Source: Eledone cirrhosa (Eukaryota). From it: a stretch of DNA of 64,000 bases. A program made the translations under genes and the position numbers. The stretch lies in the NCBI GenBank assembly GCA_964016885.1, contig OZ024740.1, forward strand, positions 339,636,001-339,700,000. Reading direction: 5' to 3'. The notes under the pieces are model-generated. The model saw only the letters and a list, made by a program, of their open reading frames with translations. It had not been told where the DNA came from and did no database searches. Each line of letters begins with the position of its first letter. The first letter of the stretch is position 1. Shown here piece after piece: positions 1 through 14,939 of the stretch.

Positions 1-680
1 AACCACAACTGAATACGAACCCATACAATCACTAATACTCTTTTATTCCTAATTAAACCATTTTTCAACTGTGAACAATTTGTCAGCATTTTCTATTCCG
101 TTTACCAATATATATATATATATATACTTATATATAAAATTAAATTCTTTACTTTTGAAAATTCTTTTAAAATATTTTGCATAACATTTCATTTTAACTG
201 TCATTCCATTTGATCATGTGACAACTCCCATTTCAATCAGTCTCAAAACTTACTGCATCTCCATTATAGTCTTTCACACTCACTTAATTTATTTTCATTT
301 ATTTACTGTCACTAACTGATTCTGTCATTTGACAGCCTCCTACCTCCACAGTATCTCATTTGTGTGAAGGAAAATAAAAACACATTGCAAATGATTATAT
401 GTGAATAACAAAGGTAGAGCAGTGATTTAAATAGTCGAATGTCAGAATAGTTGTTTGCCAATATTTATCTCCCTTTGTGAAACATGACTATACACAGGAA
501 ACAACAACAATAATAATCCTTTATTGCTGCCACTAAGGGGGAAAATAATTGTTTCTACTTTTGGCACAAGGCCAGCAATTACCCAGAGCATTACTGGTAC
601 TTTATTTTATCGACCCCGTAAGGATGAAAGGCAAAGTTAACCTCGGCTGGATTTGAACTGAAAATAATATCTCACTTTAA

Positions 681-893
681 CCCTTTAATGTTCAAACCGG
701 CCAGAAATTCTCTTCCTCTTTCTGTTGAAACTGGCTGTAACTGGTTACTCAAACTGATGTTAAGGTATTGTTTTCAAAATAAATACTTTCAAATTCTCAT
801 AGATTCGATATTATGTGAGATAATTATGTGAGGTAAAGCCTTTACCATGAAAATATAATAGTATATATATAGAGTAATGTGAATGCTAAAGGG
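681..893. mobile_element. piggyBac-like MITE family 1
   Basis: TTAA-CCCTTTA...TAAAGGG-TTAT ends. Homologous to 6629-6838 and 50412-50622. Confidence 0.78.
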
Positions 894-2693
894 TTATTCT
901 ATCATTTTGATAATTAATCACTTCATTTACCATTCTTGTCTACATGATGGACAATCATTTCCTGTGTCTGCACAGCACACATTTTTCTATCAAGCACTTT
1001 GATAGATGTCATTGAGAAGGTGGTGGTGGTGATGGTGGTGGTGGCAGTTGTGGTGGTAGGAGTGGCAACAACTGTACCAATAGTGGTCATGGCAGTGCTG
1101 GAGGTGGTTGAGATATGACTTAGATGGTACATGTTGATGATGATGGCATAATACTAGTGAGACTTAATACCATTGCTTCTTGAAACCACAAAATCTTCCT
1201 TACCTCTTGTACTCACCAACTGCTGGTGGATGGTAAGTGTGAACCCTTATATACACCAAAAGACAAGACATAACACACAACAAATGTTTAAAGGTAATTT
1301 TCCCTGCTAAAGTTCCCATAGGCAGGCTGTCTTAAAATCCACTCTTATGACATAGGATGAGACCTGAGTTCTCAATGCAAAATTCCTTGCTGAAGTCATT
1401 GCTTACCCTTACTTTGTTGACTGTATCTCTATGCATGGTTTCCATGACTCACATAATTTATTGTTTTACCCCTAGTTTTCTTAGTGACTGCCAGACTATT
1501 ATCAAATGCTTTCTTCAGTATAATGAAAACTAGCTCTTAGCTAATAACTTCTGTAGTTGTCTCACTATCAGTGATACTCTGTTTTAATGCAAATTTGAAC
1601 TGCATCTCATCTAAGCCAATTCTGCTGCTAATCAGTTGTGATAAGAGCATTTCAGTTACTGTTGTTGCTTCTTTCTAAAGCATCTCTTTTGCTCATATAG
1701 TAGTTGATAACAGTATGCTACAATGTCAATCATTGGGAAGAACATATTCCTTGGTACTTTACTCACAATGCAAGTGTCTAGCACATTTTACTTGCCAAAT
1801 ATATTTAGAATTTTAGTGATTATCCCTGCTTTCCTTGCCTTTACATTCATAATCATGCTTTTGATCATATAGCTCCCAACTTCAATGGCTGTCCCCTCTG
1901 TTGGTCCTACTTGAAGTAGTCACTCTCTGTTTTGCACAGTCTGTTTATTCAGCAACCTAACATAGTAGTATTTCCTTAATTTGTTTTTTTCTTGGCAATA
2001 ATAGTGCAAACAAAAAGCTATCCTTCTGTACACAATCTCCCCCAACAGTGTTTTGCAATACAGAACACATCTGATCTTCTGATTAACACATCTGATCTTC
2101 TGATCACAAAATATTAGAAAACCTCTCACTTTGAAATTAAATCTTTGTTATATACATCTAATGTCTAATGTCTCATATAGCTTATATTGTTCCTTGCTCA
2201 TGTCATAAAGCTGCATTTGACTGAGGGATCTTTCAGCTTTATGTGTATATATGTAGACACATATGTATAAATATACTATAGCATGAGGATAGTAAAATAT
2301 CTACACACATTAGTACAGGTGTATGAGTAAATATATATTTTTTTGTGTGCATGTATATCGATACTCACACACAAACACATACACACACACATATATGAGT
2401 GTATATGTTTTCTCTGCTACATCTCAGACCAGCCATGTTACAATTATTGTAGATAGCACAGCCTCCAGCAATTCTCCAGAACTTCAATGGTATATACTCA
2501 TACAATCATATATTGAAAGGTTAGAGATATAATGTAAACACAAAAGAAAAAATGAACTGAATGAATCTGTACACCAGCATGGACACAGCTGAATATTGCT
2601 TTAAAAAATAGAAGAAATGTGTGTGTGCATATTTACATTAATTTTTTAATGCAAGCATGTATATCCATATGTGTATTCTTAGTGAAAGATACA

Positions 2694-2869
2694 ATTGTTT
2701 GGCACAAGGCCAGCAATTACCCAGTGCATTACTGGTACTTTATTTTATCGACCCCGTAAGGATGAAAGACAAAGTTAACCTCGGCGGGATTTGAACTCAG
2801 AATGGCAAGGGCCGTAACTCTATGCATCAAAGCATGGCGTCCGACCCTCTACCGATACTGCCAATCCAC
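2694..2869 (-). mobile_element. SINE family A (3' halves also at 547-660 and 6259-6371)
   Basis: Same A/B boxes and core. Confidence 0.9.
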
Positions 2870-4059
2870 ATAGATATAATGGTTTCTAATTCATGGACAT
2901 TTTGGATGGAGGGAAAGTTGATTACATCGACACCAGCACTTGACTGGTATTTTACTTAGATACAGGTATGAATATACATACATACATGTATATATCATCA
3001 TCATCACCACTGTTTAAAATCTATTTTCCACTGTTAAACATTTATTTTCCACTGTTTAACATCTTACTTTATATATGAAAAGTAAGTTAACTTAAGAGTT
3101 AACAGTTACAACACAGGTTTTTTTTTTACTATGAAAGATAGTCTCATGTGTTGAGAATATAAGCCCCTGGAGATAAAAAACGTGGACAGTGTCACCTATG
3201 GGACACAAACTCACACCTGGTGTATACGTTACAGCTGTGCTATCATTACACCAGAGTGTGGCTGGCCACTCCTTTCTGTATTTTAAGCTTTTTATCAATC
3301 ATGCAAAAATGTAAATAAACAATCTGTTTTTAGAAAGATCGAGTTAGGAATTTTTGAAAATTAACTTAGCGTTAACAGCTACAATGTTTGTGCAAGTCAC
3401 CATTTCCCATGTCATGAATGTTATCCAAGGAATCAGAATGCATGGGTCCATAATTGATATTGCAAAGAATCACATACAAGACTACAATAATACAGTGCCT
3501 AGGCCACCAAACTATAAGGGATGAAAACCAATGTAAGCATCAAGATGGCTAGAACTAGTGTGTGTAAAGGAGAGTCAGAATAAATATTGCAAAGCCACCA
3601 CAACAGAACTGGCAATTCATCCTACAAGTTTGCAACCTTACACACACACACATAATATAATCATCACCATTTAACGGCTATTTTGCATGCTTACATATAT
3701 ATGTATATACATATGCACATATAATGTCAGTGTATGTATATATATATATGTACATATGTATAGTATCGTTCTTCTTTTATGACAGTTATGTCAAGGGATA
3801 TATCTCTATATTTTCTACAGATGGCAGCTCTGCTGTCAATACTTGTGATTGAACCTGATACCCCACCCCATACACACATACACTTATGCTGACAGGCAAG
3901 GCTTGAGAATGAAGAAGAGTCTGCTATGACTCATCTTCGTCAAGTAATGTTGTGGTGGATTGTGATGGAATCTGACGAGGTGGGGGGTGGGCATCTGTTG
4001 GCTGTCCAATACTTCTCCACTGGGGAAGAAATGACTATACACCTGATCACATCTGACAG

Positions 4060-4295
4060 TGCTACTACTGCTGCTGCTATTCTGCCACTACTACTATTAA
4101 TGCTATTGTTCTACTACTACTCCTACTACTACTGCTGCTGCTGCTACTACTAATACTACTGCAACTGCTGCTGCTGCTGCAACTACTACTGCTGCTGCTA
4201 CTACTACTACTACTACTACCACCACCATTGCTACTACTGCAATTACTACTACTACTACTGCTACTACTGCTATTGCTACTACTACTACTACTATT
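4060..4295. repeat. (CTA)n/(CTG)n compound microsatellite
   Basis: Direct observation. Confidence 0.95.
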
Positions 4296-5624
4296 CTTGT
4301 TTGTTTTTTTTATGATACCTATAGAAATTCCTTTGTAAAAATGACATTATAATCCTTCATTTGTTGTAAATAATTGCTAAAAGAAACCTCAATTGAACAA
4401 ATCCTCATTAGATTGATTTTTCACAAAATCTGATTCACCACTTGTCAACCCTTGACTATATAACTAACAGCATCCTCGGGGGCCCCTTGTGCCAAAAAGA
4501 CAATAAAATCCTTTAAAAACTTCTTCCATCACAACACACACTTGACAAACCAGGATGTCTTAAATGTACTTTATTTTTAACATTTTGATTTGATTTCATT
4601 TGAATTTATTCACTTAAAGATTTTTCATAATCGTTGAAGCTGAGATATTAAACAGTGTATGTTGTTGTTTTTTTTGTGAAGTAGCTAAAGAGCTGTTGCT
4701 ACTACTACTATTACTTGTTATTACTTGAAGGATTCCCTTCCTAACACCAACCTCATTTACAGTGAGTGCTGGGTGATTTTTTTGCCGTGGCACCTCCACG
4801 ACCACTTTGCAGTGGAATGATATGGACCGCAGTCCCTATCATCTCATTTCTACAGCTGAGTAAACTAGACCAATGTGAAATAAAGTGTCTTGCTCAAGGA
4901 AACAACAGATCACCCGGTCTGAGAATTGAACTCACAACCTTTCGATTGCATGTGCCTCCATAAAATAAGTATTGGGTTCAATATGATCAATTAAATTACA
5001 TGGCATGGACACAGTCCAATGTCTGAAGTGAGTAAAAGAGTTAAATAGTACCATGTCCCCCACCACTATCACTCAAGTTCTTAGAGATCCTCCCTATCAC
5101 ACCCTAGTAGCTACCCTGTGCATTCCCACCCCATCCATGCCCCTTCCACTATCAATCCGTAACTGTTCTCTCCATCACTATCTGCAACCAAATCCCCACT
5201 CAACAGTGAATACTCCATTCCCTTTGCTATTGACCACCCTATGTACATTCCCACCTCTTAGCTATTCTCACCATCACTACTCCCCTTCTATAAATATCCT
5301 GACACACCTATGATTACTTTCTCTACACTTATCAGAGGTCATCCCCTTCCTCCAAATAATGATCATATCAAATCCCTCCACACTTGTCATACATCATGCT
5401 TATCTTCCTTCTGAAAATAATCAAGAATTAGGAGAAGTTGGAGTTTTGAACAGAACTTAAAGAAGGTTCTTACATAAAATTATGATGGAAGGTCTTTAGA
5501 TAAATATAAACACTTTATTAGAAACAGTTTTGTATCATAGAACCATCTCCAATTTCAGATGGTTTGAAATCAAATCTACTGACATTTCTCTCTTTCTCTC
5601 CCTCTCTCTCTTCCTCTCCTTCTA

Positions 5625-5663
<39 letters not shown>

Positions 5664-5670
5664 CTCTCGG

Positions 5671-5701
<31 letters not shown>

Positions 5702-6536
5702 CACTCTCTCTCTCTCTCTCTCCTTGGGTGTTTGTGTTTATATATCATTTCCAACTGACATTGAAACTGATATTCAGAAATGTCATATTAATATTCCATT
5801 CTCATCTTATATTGGCTCAGTAAATTGGACGAGATTGGAGTGGGGGTCTTTGAAAAAGTAAGCATTGTTACATAGTTACTCCAGAACATATTTCTATATT
5901 CAAATGAATAACTACTGTATTTGATGACATATAAGAACCCCATTTCTTCCCAAAAAATGGCTAAAAGAATGTGATATTGATGTATATGGTAGGCTAATAT
6001 GTTTTTCTATTTCCTTATTGAAATGAAGAAGGGTTCTCTTATCTGTCCAGAGGTCCTAAATGTCAACAGATACAGTAACTTTGTTATAATATTGTACACC
6101 ATATAATTCTCTTATTATTTTACTAATATCAGTCATTAGACTGCAGCCATATTAAGGCACTACCTTGTTGGGCTTTAGTTGATCATATCAACCCAAGTAC
6201 TTATTTCTTTTCAAGTTTGGTACTTATTATATTGATCTCTTTTTGTCAAACCACTAAATAATTATTTCTACTTTTGGCACAAGGCCGACAATTATCCCAG
6301 TGGATTACTGGTACTTTATTTTATCGACTTCGTAAGGATGAAAAGCAAAGTTAACCTCGGCAGGATTTGAGTCATAAACAGATACAGACACAGAGTGAAA
6401 ATTATCAACATTCATTGTTGATTAACATCGGTAAATGGTATATATAATATTAATAATAATAACAGTGTTGCTATTATTAGGTATAAACTTTACCAGAGGG
6501 TTTAAACCTTGGTGCAATGGGGTTCACGCAGAGCTG

Positions 6537-6882
6537 ATATATAAAGATTAAGAAGCACCAAAGAGTCAATATGCTTTTAAACTAACATATGTTTCAGCCA
6601 ATATCAGCTGAAACATATGTTAGTTTAACTCTTTAGCATTTAAACTGGCTGTATTCTCTCACCTCTTTCTGTTCAAACTGACCTTAACCAGCTGCTTATA
6701 CTGATGTTAAGGTATTGTTCTCAAAATAAATAATATCAAAATCTTATAGATTTGATATGATGTGTGATAATTATATGAGGTAAAACCTTTACCATGAAAA
6801 TACAATAGTAAATATAAAGTAATGTAAATGCTATAGAGTTAAAAGCATATTGACTCTTTGGTGCTTCTTAATCTTTATATAT
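6537..6882. repeat. Palindromic element (62-bp arms, 8-nt spacer) interrupted by a piggyBac-like MITE
   Basis: 6537-6598 is the reverse complement of 6607-6628 plus 6843-6882. Confidence 0.9.
6629..6838. mobile_element. piggyBac-like MITE family 1
   Basis: TIRs ctctttagcattta/taaatgctatagag and TTAA on both sides. The opposite palindrome arm shows the empty site with a single TTAA. Confidence 0.88.
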
Positions 6883-9800
6883 ATATAAAATAAATCGAAA
6901 TACAAACAAAACATCTCGATTTCATTGTTCTGTAAGGAGCCCAATGAAAATAAGATTTTAAAGAAACCCATTCCAGAGCACACTACCAAATTTGCCTCAT
7001 AAAGCACTTGTCAAACCAAGGTTATAGCAGAAGACACTTACTTGTCCAAGGTGCCATGCAGTGGGACTAAACCTGAAACCACATGGTTGTGAAGTGATCT
7101 CTTTAATCACATAGCCAAATAATATACAAAGATCCACAAAGTTTTGGATAATATAGTTCCTGTAAAGATGTATTATACAAAAATTTGTTTCCCAGTTCTC
7201 CATTTGAAGACGGAAGAAAGATTGATACAATAATTAGGTAATCACTTCAATCTAACATAACTTGCCCCCAACATCATAATCTCCCTTGTCGTATATATTT
7301 TTAGTGTCTGTTTTGATATATTGGGCATGATTCATATGACTCAGCCGAGCCTACAAATGGCTTCTTTACAGCTTTCCCTAGCTTGCTCTATATTTTCTGT
7401 TTAGCTTTAACTTATTATTTTTTCCTTCTTTTATTTTCTATTTTCCATTTTATTATCTAACTCTATTTTATGACTTCTTTTCTTAATGTATTACTTGGGA
7501 GTATAGAAATTGATTCTTATTTTTCCCTGGGCGACATCTGATGCCCACTCTAGTCTTAAAATTAGATTAATATTACCAATCCAGATCCTAGTCATCCTAT
7601 TTCTATTCAGTATTACATTTTATTTTCAATATCCAACATTCACTATCATGCAGTATCAAATAATATTGTATATAGAGAGAATTATTTGACCTTCAATAAA
7701 CAAAGAATTTCTCATCACAATTTGTAATTATTATGTTACAAGAGCCTATCCAAACCCTGTGAAGCAAATTCCAGTTAGACTGTATGATAATATAACTGTT
7801 AAATTGTATACTGGTATCAGGTCAAATCAAATTATCTTTTCCTAATAACTATGTAAACGACCTGTTACATGGTTGGGTCATCAGCAAGTAAATCAGCAAC
7901 ATCATTGTCAGGTCGTACCCTGGTGTGTTGAGGGTAGATGGACACCCTGACAGAACAAAACAAAATATATATCTCCAAACCTACAAATAGATCAGGATTT
8001 CATTAAAGCAGTTTAGTCTAGCTTAGCTAATTCTTTCAGTAACCCATGCAGCCAGTTATTCTCTCATGTAATGGGCTTGTCTTTCTCCTGACCAAGGAAA
8101 ACCAAAGTAAGGGAAAGCGCCTGTTAAGTGTGCGGACCATCCAATATGGCTCGAATCAGCCCTGGCTCAGATTATCATCATTTCATCTTAACTGTCAATT
8201 TCTTCATCCACAGTAAGTTGCAGTGACTTATACAGACTGCCAGTGAGTAATGGCACTCCTGTATTGTCAGTAATGACAGACACATGCCATTCCAAATTGT
8301 ATGTGAACTAAACTACACTTAGCTAAACTGGTAAGAAAACTGAAAGAAACAATAATTTATTAAAATTCTAGCATGCCATCTTATGAAAAGTTCTGGATAT
8401 AAACCCACAGGATATTCTTCCTCTCTTTATGTGGTGAAATGTATGGAGAAACCTTTAAAAGCTAGCCATTACTACTATATAAGCCATAGAAAATGTAATA
8501 GATCTTATTGCAGAAATACAAAAATTAAATCTGAAATATTTCATGAAAATATGGCTGAAGAAATGTTTGGAATGCAATATGATACAATATTATCATAAAA
8601 ATAAATTTCAGTTTTTAGTTAGAAAAATATTTTTATTGTGACATCTCTTCAAATTTGAACACATTTCCATTTTTTGTTTTTTGTTTTTTCATTTCTTTGC
8701 ACATTTTTATGTCCATCAATATTTCTTCACATTTTCATATTTTATAATCCAACATTTCACATCATTTCAGTTATTTTTAACTTCACAAAATTTTAGATTT
8801 TCACAGCTTTCTCACATTTTTTTTGTGGATTTTCTGAAAGCAACAATATTTTGATGTTTAATATGTATATATATATATATATCTGCCTCTCTGTTTTGTT
8901 CCTGTTCAATTTTTCACTATATATATATATATATTGGTTTTTAACTTTATTCCATTCTCAAAGCATTCAACAAAAAGATTAAAATTAAAAACAAAAATAG
9001 GAATGTTTAGTTTTAATTTTTTTTAATCCATCATCAGTTTATTTTAATTTAAAATATAAAGAGGAAATATTCAAAAGTAAACTTCTAACCATATATCTAT
9101 GAAATATTACTGATAGAATCAGTTAATCTGTTGATATTAAGAGTTAAACATACCATTACTTTAACACTCTTCCTACTGTAACATTATTCAGTTGAAAGTA
9201 AATCCAGTTAACATTTTTTCAGAAGGTTTCAGCTGTAGTTTAGTTGTCAGGGTATCCGAGTCCCAATTGTATAACCATGGGTTTGATTTCCTAACTGGGT
9301 GGCTCGTGTTCTTGAGCAAGGCACTTCATTCCATGTTGCTCCAGTCCACTCAGCTGAAAAATCATACCAGCAACATTTGGGGATAAACCTTGTAGCAGAT
9401 TGGCATCTCTTCCAAGGAGGAGATTTGTACTTTCTGTTGCTTAACACCACATGAAACTGGGATAAGCTCTGACTTGATGAGTCTCTAGACTAAAGATTTT
9501 AAAATGTCAACTTTTTTTTAGCTGAATATATTTTTATTTTCCAGCCAAGCCCTCTTATCTCACCTACCTCTCTTTCACCTTATTGTCTCACCTCCCAAAT
9601 CTCCCAATAAATGTTTCATCCATTCTTTCTTCCCTAGACTTACAACCCTCAATAACAATGATTCCCAAACATATTTTGCTAGGGAACCCATATCTATATT
9701 TTACAACCCTCACCACCCTAATTTTAATGCAATTTTTAACAGATTGAGCAACCACATCTTGATGGCTCAAGTTTTGTTTTGATTGGTTGATACATTATTG

Positions 9801-11274
9801 AGTTCAAATCTTGCAGGAGTCAGTTTTACCTTTCATTTTTCAAGGGTTGCTAAAATAATTACCAGTCAATTCAGTTGATTGTACTCCCACCATCCCTGAA
9901 ATATGTGGGTTTGTGACTAAGTTAGAAATCATTATTTTCATTACGTTCTGAGTTTAAATCCTGCTGAGATTTGCTTTGCCTTTCATCATTTTGGGGTCAA
10001 TAAAATAAAGTACCAGTAATGCACTGGGATCGATTTAATCGACTTTTCTCTCCCTTTGTACCTAAAGTATAAACAATTATTTTCATTGCTCCAAATTGTT
10101 ATAAAGGTTTTTACATGTATATGGGCCCTCATATTTAAATACATAGAGTCAAACTAACGAAGGAGGCTTCTATGTGGTCATTAGACCTGCCAGAACTAGT
10201 TGCCAACTTTCTTCCAAACCTTACCTAATCATCATCATCATTTTTAAGTCGGATTTTTTTCCATATTAGCAAAAGCTGGTAGAAACATTTTAAAGCAGTG
10301 TTTTTATGGCAGGGTACACTTCTTAATGTCAAATTTTACTATATTTATAAGTATCGTTTATACCATTCATCTTTGTTGAAATACTACACTGCAGTGCATA
10401 TTATGTAGACATAAATAAATGTCACCAGTTGCTTTAAATGCTGTTGATAAACTGACATGCACAGATACACACACATACATGTTTTGAATATTCAAATGAG
10501 GGGAGAGCATTCTATCTATGATATGAGTTATAAAATGTGAATTCAGAAACATTTGTTCACTTTCTCTTAGTTACTCTAGTCTAAAACAAAAATAGGTTAG
10601 TTGTGGCTGGAACATACTTGATTATAAATCTGCTTTGTCAAGCCTGGGTTAGTTTGAGACTAAACAACAACAGAAATACATATAACTCATATACATAACT
10701 TTAATCTGTAAACCTGAACATACCTCATGCAGGTGTGAACCTTGCAAGCTGGAATGGCTCTTCCAGCAGATCTCCCTCGCCATCCTTCAGGGCCTCCATT
10801 TGCTTATAATAGTGAGAGATAGGGAGAGCAGGAGAGATGGAAGCAGTGACAATGGAAGTTTAGTTCCATTGTGTTCGGACCTAGTGTATATGTATATGTG
10901 GTAAATGATGTATCCTAGTTGGATTGTTTATCAATATAGACGTGAGGGAAAGTCCCTCGTCTATTTACCATGTTTGTAAGTGAGAGGATAGGTACTCCGT
11001 AGAATTATAACAAGTAAGTGGGTGTGTGCGTAAACCAGACAATAACCACAATAAGAGTTATATTCAACAAATGTAAATAATGGTGATGTTTATTTTGTCT
11101 ATCATGTGTTTATTATATTACAAATGAAACATACCAAATATATACGTGATCCAGTTGTAGTGAAGGGGACGTATTACAATTACAAAGGTATTATGGTGTT
11201 TGCTGTTCCCGTGGCTGTTTATCGTTTCGTGGTACAGAGGCCGCCTGCTGTTTGCTGCCTGCTGCTTACCTAAA

Positions 11275-11585
11275 AGGGGTTCTCAACCAGGGGGAGACAA
11301 CTAGGCCTGGTCCATTATCCGCCAGGGGGCGTAAGGCGTCTTACTACATATATATTTATTTACCACGCTACATTAATACTTATATTTGTGTATTTAGAAG
11401 ATTTAATGTTACCAACCGTAGTATTTTAACCTCACATTAATTAGAGTATTCCATTTGTTTTCTCATAATAATTGAAATAGAGTACCATATCTTTGAACTA
11501 TTAATGTTTATTGTAAAGAAACCCTGCACTTATTAAAAGTTATATTGTTGTGTAGTTATGAAGTAATCTGAAGTTTGAAACCTGT
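11275..11585. mobile_element. Possible degenerate hAT MITE
   Basis: Left end aggggttctcaaccaggggg is typical of Charlie TIRs. The right end (agtttgaaacctg) is poorly preserved. Confidence 0.35.
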
Positions 11586-12164
11586 TTGCTTACTTGAATG
11601 AAATCATGTAGCTAAGTGACCACAATAAACAATTGAAACGGATATACAAGGATCCACATTGAGGAAAGAGTTTTGTTGTGTGGAGGGGAGGTATCAGATA
11701 TATAAAATATTCTCTGGTCAGAACCAATAGTCTAAATAGGTCCCAATATGTTAGATCTGACAGTCCGAATGAGGCTCTTACCATGAACAAACAACAGAGT
11801 TTGTAAGTAATTACTCAAGCTACTAGAAATGGCAGCCATATCTCTTAAAATTACACCCTACTGAAAGGGTTTCTAGCCTAGAGTAAATTTAGCCCCAGGC
11901 AGTAAATTTTCAAACAATTCTTGTTTTCAATTATAATTAATAACATTATAATATGAAACTGGGAAGAAAAGTTGAAATAGCCAACGACAACAACCAACAC
12001 TACCACTACAACCAACATGACTATAACTGTCTGTACACCAAATAAACACAACTGTCTCAGATAATATAAAAAAGTAACATTGATTTCGCATTGAAATTTG
12101 AATCATTTTAATTAAGATTTGTAAATGTTCTTTTTCTATTGTTAGTAGAGTGTGTATAATGTAA

Positions 12165-12960
12165 AGAGATGGTGATTGTAGACCAAAGTAGTGATTGTAG
12201 AGCAGGGTGAGTGACTGTAAAATGAGGTGGGTGATTCTAGAGTAGTAGGATGGGTAATTGTAAAGAGGAATGAATTACTGTAATGAAGTCAGTGAGTGTA
12301 GAGCAAGCTTGGTGAATGAAGAGTGTGATAGTTGATTGTAGAGAAGGCTTGGTGAATGTAGAGTGGGGTGGTTGATTGTAGAGCAGACTTAGTGAATGTA
12401 GAGGGAAGTGGTTGATTGTAAAGTGGAGTGAATAATTGTAGATAATCGTAGGTGATTGTATATATAGTGAGGTGCCTGCTTATAGAGCAGGGTAAGTTAT
12501 TGTAAAGGACATCTGTGATTGTAGAATGGGGTGGGTGATCTTAAAGTTAGCTGGTTCATTTTAGAAGTGTGTGGTTAATCTGTAGAGCAAGTAATTATAC
12601 AGCCATCTAGATGAATGTAGGATGAAGTGAGTGATTGTAGAATGGTGAAGTTTATTTATAGTAGAATGATTGTTGAGTAGTCTGGGAAATTCTAGAGGGA
12701 GGTGGATAATTGTAGAGTAAGGTAGATGACTGTAGAGTAGTGTAGTTTATTAATAGTGAAGGAGATGGTTGTAGATTGAAGTGGGTGACTGTAGAGTGTA
12801 GTGGGGGATTATACATCAAGGTGATTATAGAGTGTGGTACTATTGTAAATTGATATCAGTGATTTTAGTATGGTGGTGATTGTAAAGCATAGTGGATAAT
12901 TGTGAAGTGGGATAGGTGAAAAATTGTAGAAAGAGGTGGATGATTGGTGAGTGATTGTTG
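12165..12960. repeat. Degenerate minisatellite, unit about 20-21 bp (gtgattgtagagtggggtgg-like)
   Basis: gattgtagag recurs dozens of times. Confidence 0.85.
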
Positions 12961-13150
12961 CTGCTGCTGTTTAAGCCATGGTCAACCCTGATTGGATAGA
13001 TACCTGATCAAAAGTATGTTCGCCAGGCCTTTACCATCTCTTTTGGGACATTCAGAGCTACATAATTTAATGAGTCTTTCTCACTTTCAAGAGCAGAAGG
13101 AGGTTTTGTGATATTTCTAGCAGGCTCAGCAACCATACAGGGGCTCTTTT
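12955..13150 (-). mobile_element. Unclassified old retroposon with (CAA)n-like tail (fragments also near 10160, 10600, 11815, 13810, 35100, 35765, 36150, 37985, 52235)
   Basis: Recurring motifs tgctagaaatagcagc and tttgatcataggtctg...ggctaaacaacaac. Confidence 0.55.
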
Positions 13151-13488
13151 ACTAGCTCATAGTGTCAGTTATTGTAGTTATTAGTGACTGGACAGTGTAA
13201 AATGTAAATTAAGATGCCATGGGAGTGAAAACCAAACTCCTATTAGATTAAGGTTAAAAGCAGCACTTAGCAGACATACAAGGTAAATGATTTTATTGGA
13301 ATTGGTTGGCATTGTGAAAAGGAGAACATATAACTACAACTTGTGAAATGAACAATAGTTTTTATTTTTATCTAATTAACTTCAGAAAATTTGTAGTGAA
13401 TTCACTGTGGAGTTGGTTGTATTAAAGTGTAGTTGTTACACACATACATTGTATTGACTGCTGATTGGTGATATAGAAGTGTTCAGTG

Positions 13489-13720
13489 GTCAGTGACTGA
13501 CTCGGGGAAGGTCGCTGGTCAATGACGACATTGGAGAAGTCACTAGTAAGTAATTGACTCTAGTGAGGTCAATGGTCAGTAACTGACTCTGGGGAGGTCA
13601 CTAGTCAATGACTGACTCTGGGGAGGTCACTAGTCAATGACTGCTATTGAAGAAGTCACTGGCAAGTGACTGACTCTGAAGAGGTCACTATTCAGTGACT
13701 GACTCTAGGGAGGTCACTGA
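13489..13720. repeat. 29-bp minisatellite, about 8 copies
   Basis: Unit gtcaatgactgactctggggaggtcacta in direct tandem. Confidence 0.9.
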
Positions 13721-14737
13721 TGAGCAGTTCATGTTCTTGGTCTGGAGGTGATTAGTCTTTGATTGTGTTGTTTGTGTTGAGCTGAAGGATTCATGGCCAC
13801 TAAGTAGGTTGTTTGAGGATTTGAGCCTCAGGTCAAGCCTTATTGAGCAGAAATATGATAAAAGTCAATCTAGCCATGACTTTTATAAATCAGGTATTAC
13901 ATTGTCTTTACTTTCTTAAGATGGTTTGAGTGATATTTGCTTGCTATTTTAGTGAATTGTATAGTTAGCTCCTTTGTTGACTTGACCTCTAGTAATTACT
14001 ATGGGTGAGAAAGAGAGAGAGATACAGAAATGTGTGGGGAGATGAGAAATTTACCAACAAAAATACATAGAAAGATAAGTCTGGTTAATAAGTCGGACGA
14101 CCATGTATAAGACTTTGGTTTTTAATGAAGAACAATTGTGAGTAGGAATCACTGATTTGAATATATTAGTAGAGATGATGAAACAGTGTTTTTACAAAAC
14201 TATTTTGTACAATCAGACATGTTATTTGAGAACAAACCACCAGCTGATTATGGTGCCAAAGTAGTTCCAACATTGCTATTAAAACAAACAGTACTGTCAT
14301 ATTTAACAGTCACTTTTCTTTAAATCTCCTCCACACAATCTTATCAACCTACTTATTATTAGTGGGACTATTGTTTATGTTGTGGTATACAAAACTAGAG
14401 TTTACTGCTTCCGATGGGAATTAACTGTCTCTCTTAATATAACCTTTGACATGTCAATTGATGTACAGCTACTGATTCTCAAGTGGTTTCGTCTATACAC
14501 ACACATATATATATACTACACTAATTCTCAGAATTATTAAAAACTTTCAAAAGACAGCCAAGTGTATATTGGAAGTTGTCACCAAATTGGAATTATTTAT
14601 TTCTTTCTTATTAGTTTCTAACCAATAAATTTTTCTGTAAGCTAATATAGATAATTACTAAGTTATTTCTCTGCATTCGTAATGTTGAACACAAACAAAG
14701 AATGTAAATATAAGAGGATGTGTGTATGTTGTATGTG

Positions 14738-14769
<32 letters not shown>

Positions 14770-14939
14770 CAAAAACTGTCTTTGACTTTGCTACAAACTT
14801 TGACCACCCCTATCTAACACTTTACTTCCTCCCCCATCATTCAACTACCATACTATTCACACCACCTTCCAACTCACACCATCACTGTCTGGGTTTTACT
14901 CTGCCACATTATCGGTGGTAGTGGGTAGGGCATTATGAC

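Noticed and set aside
13489-13720. CRISPR-like 29-bp periodicity
   Set aside because: Contiguous tandem units with no unique spacers, in eukaryotic DNA with no cas genes.
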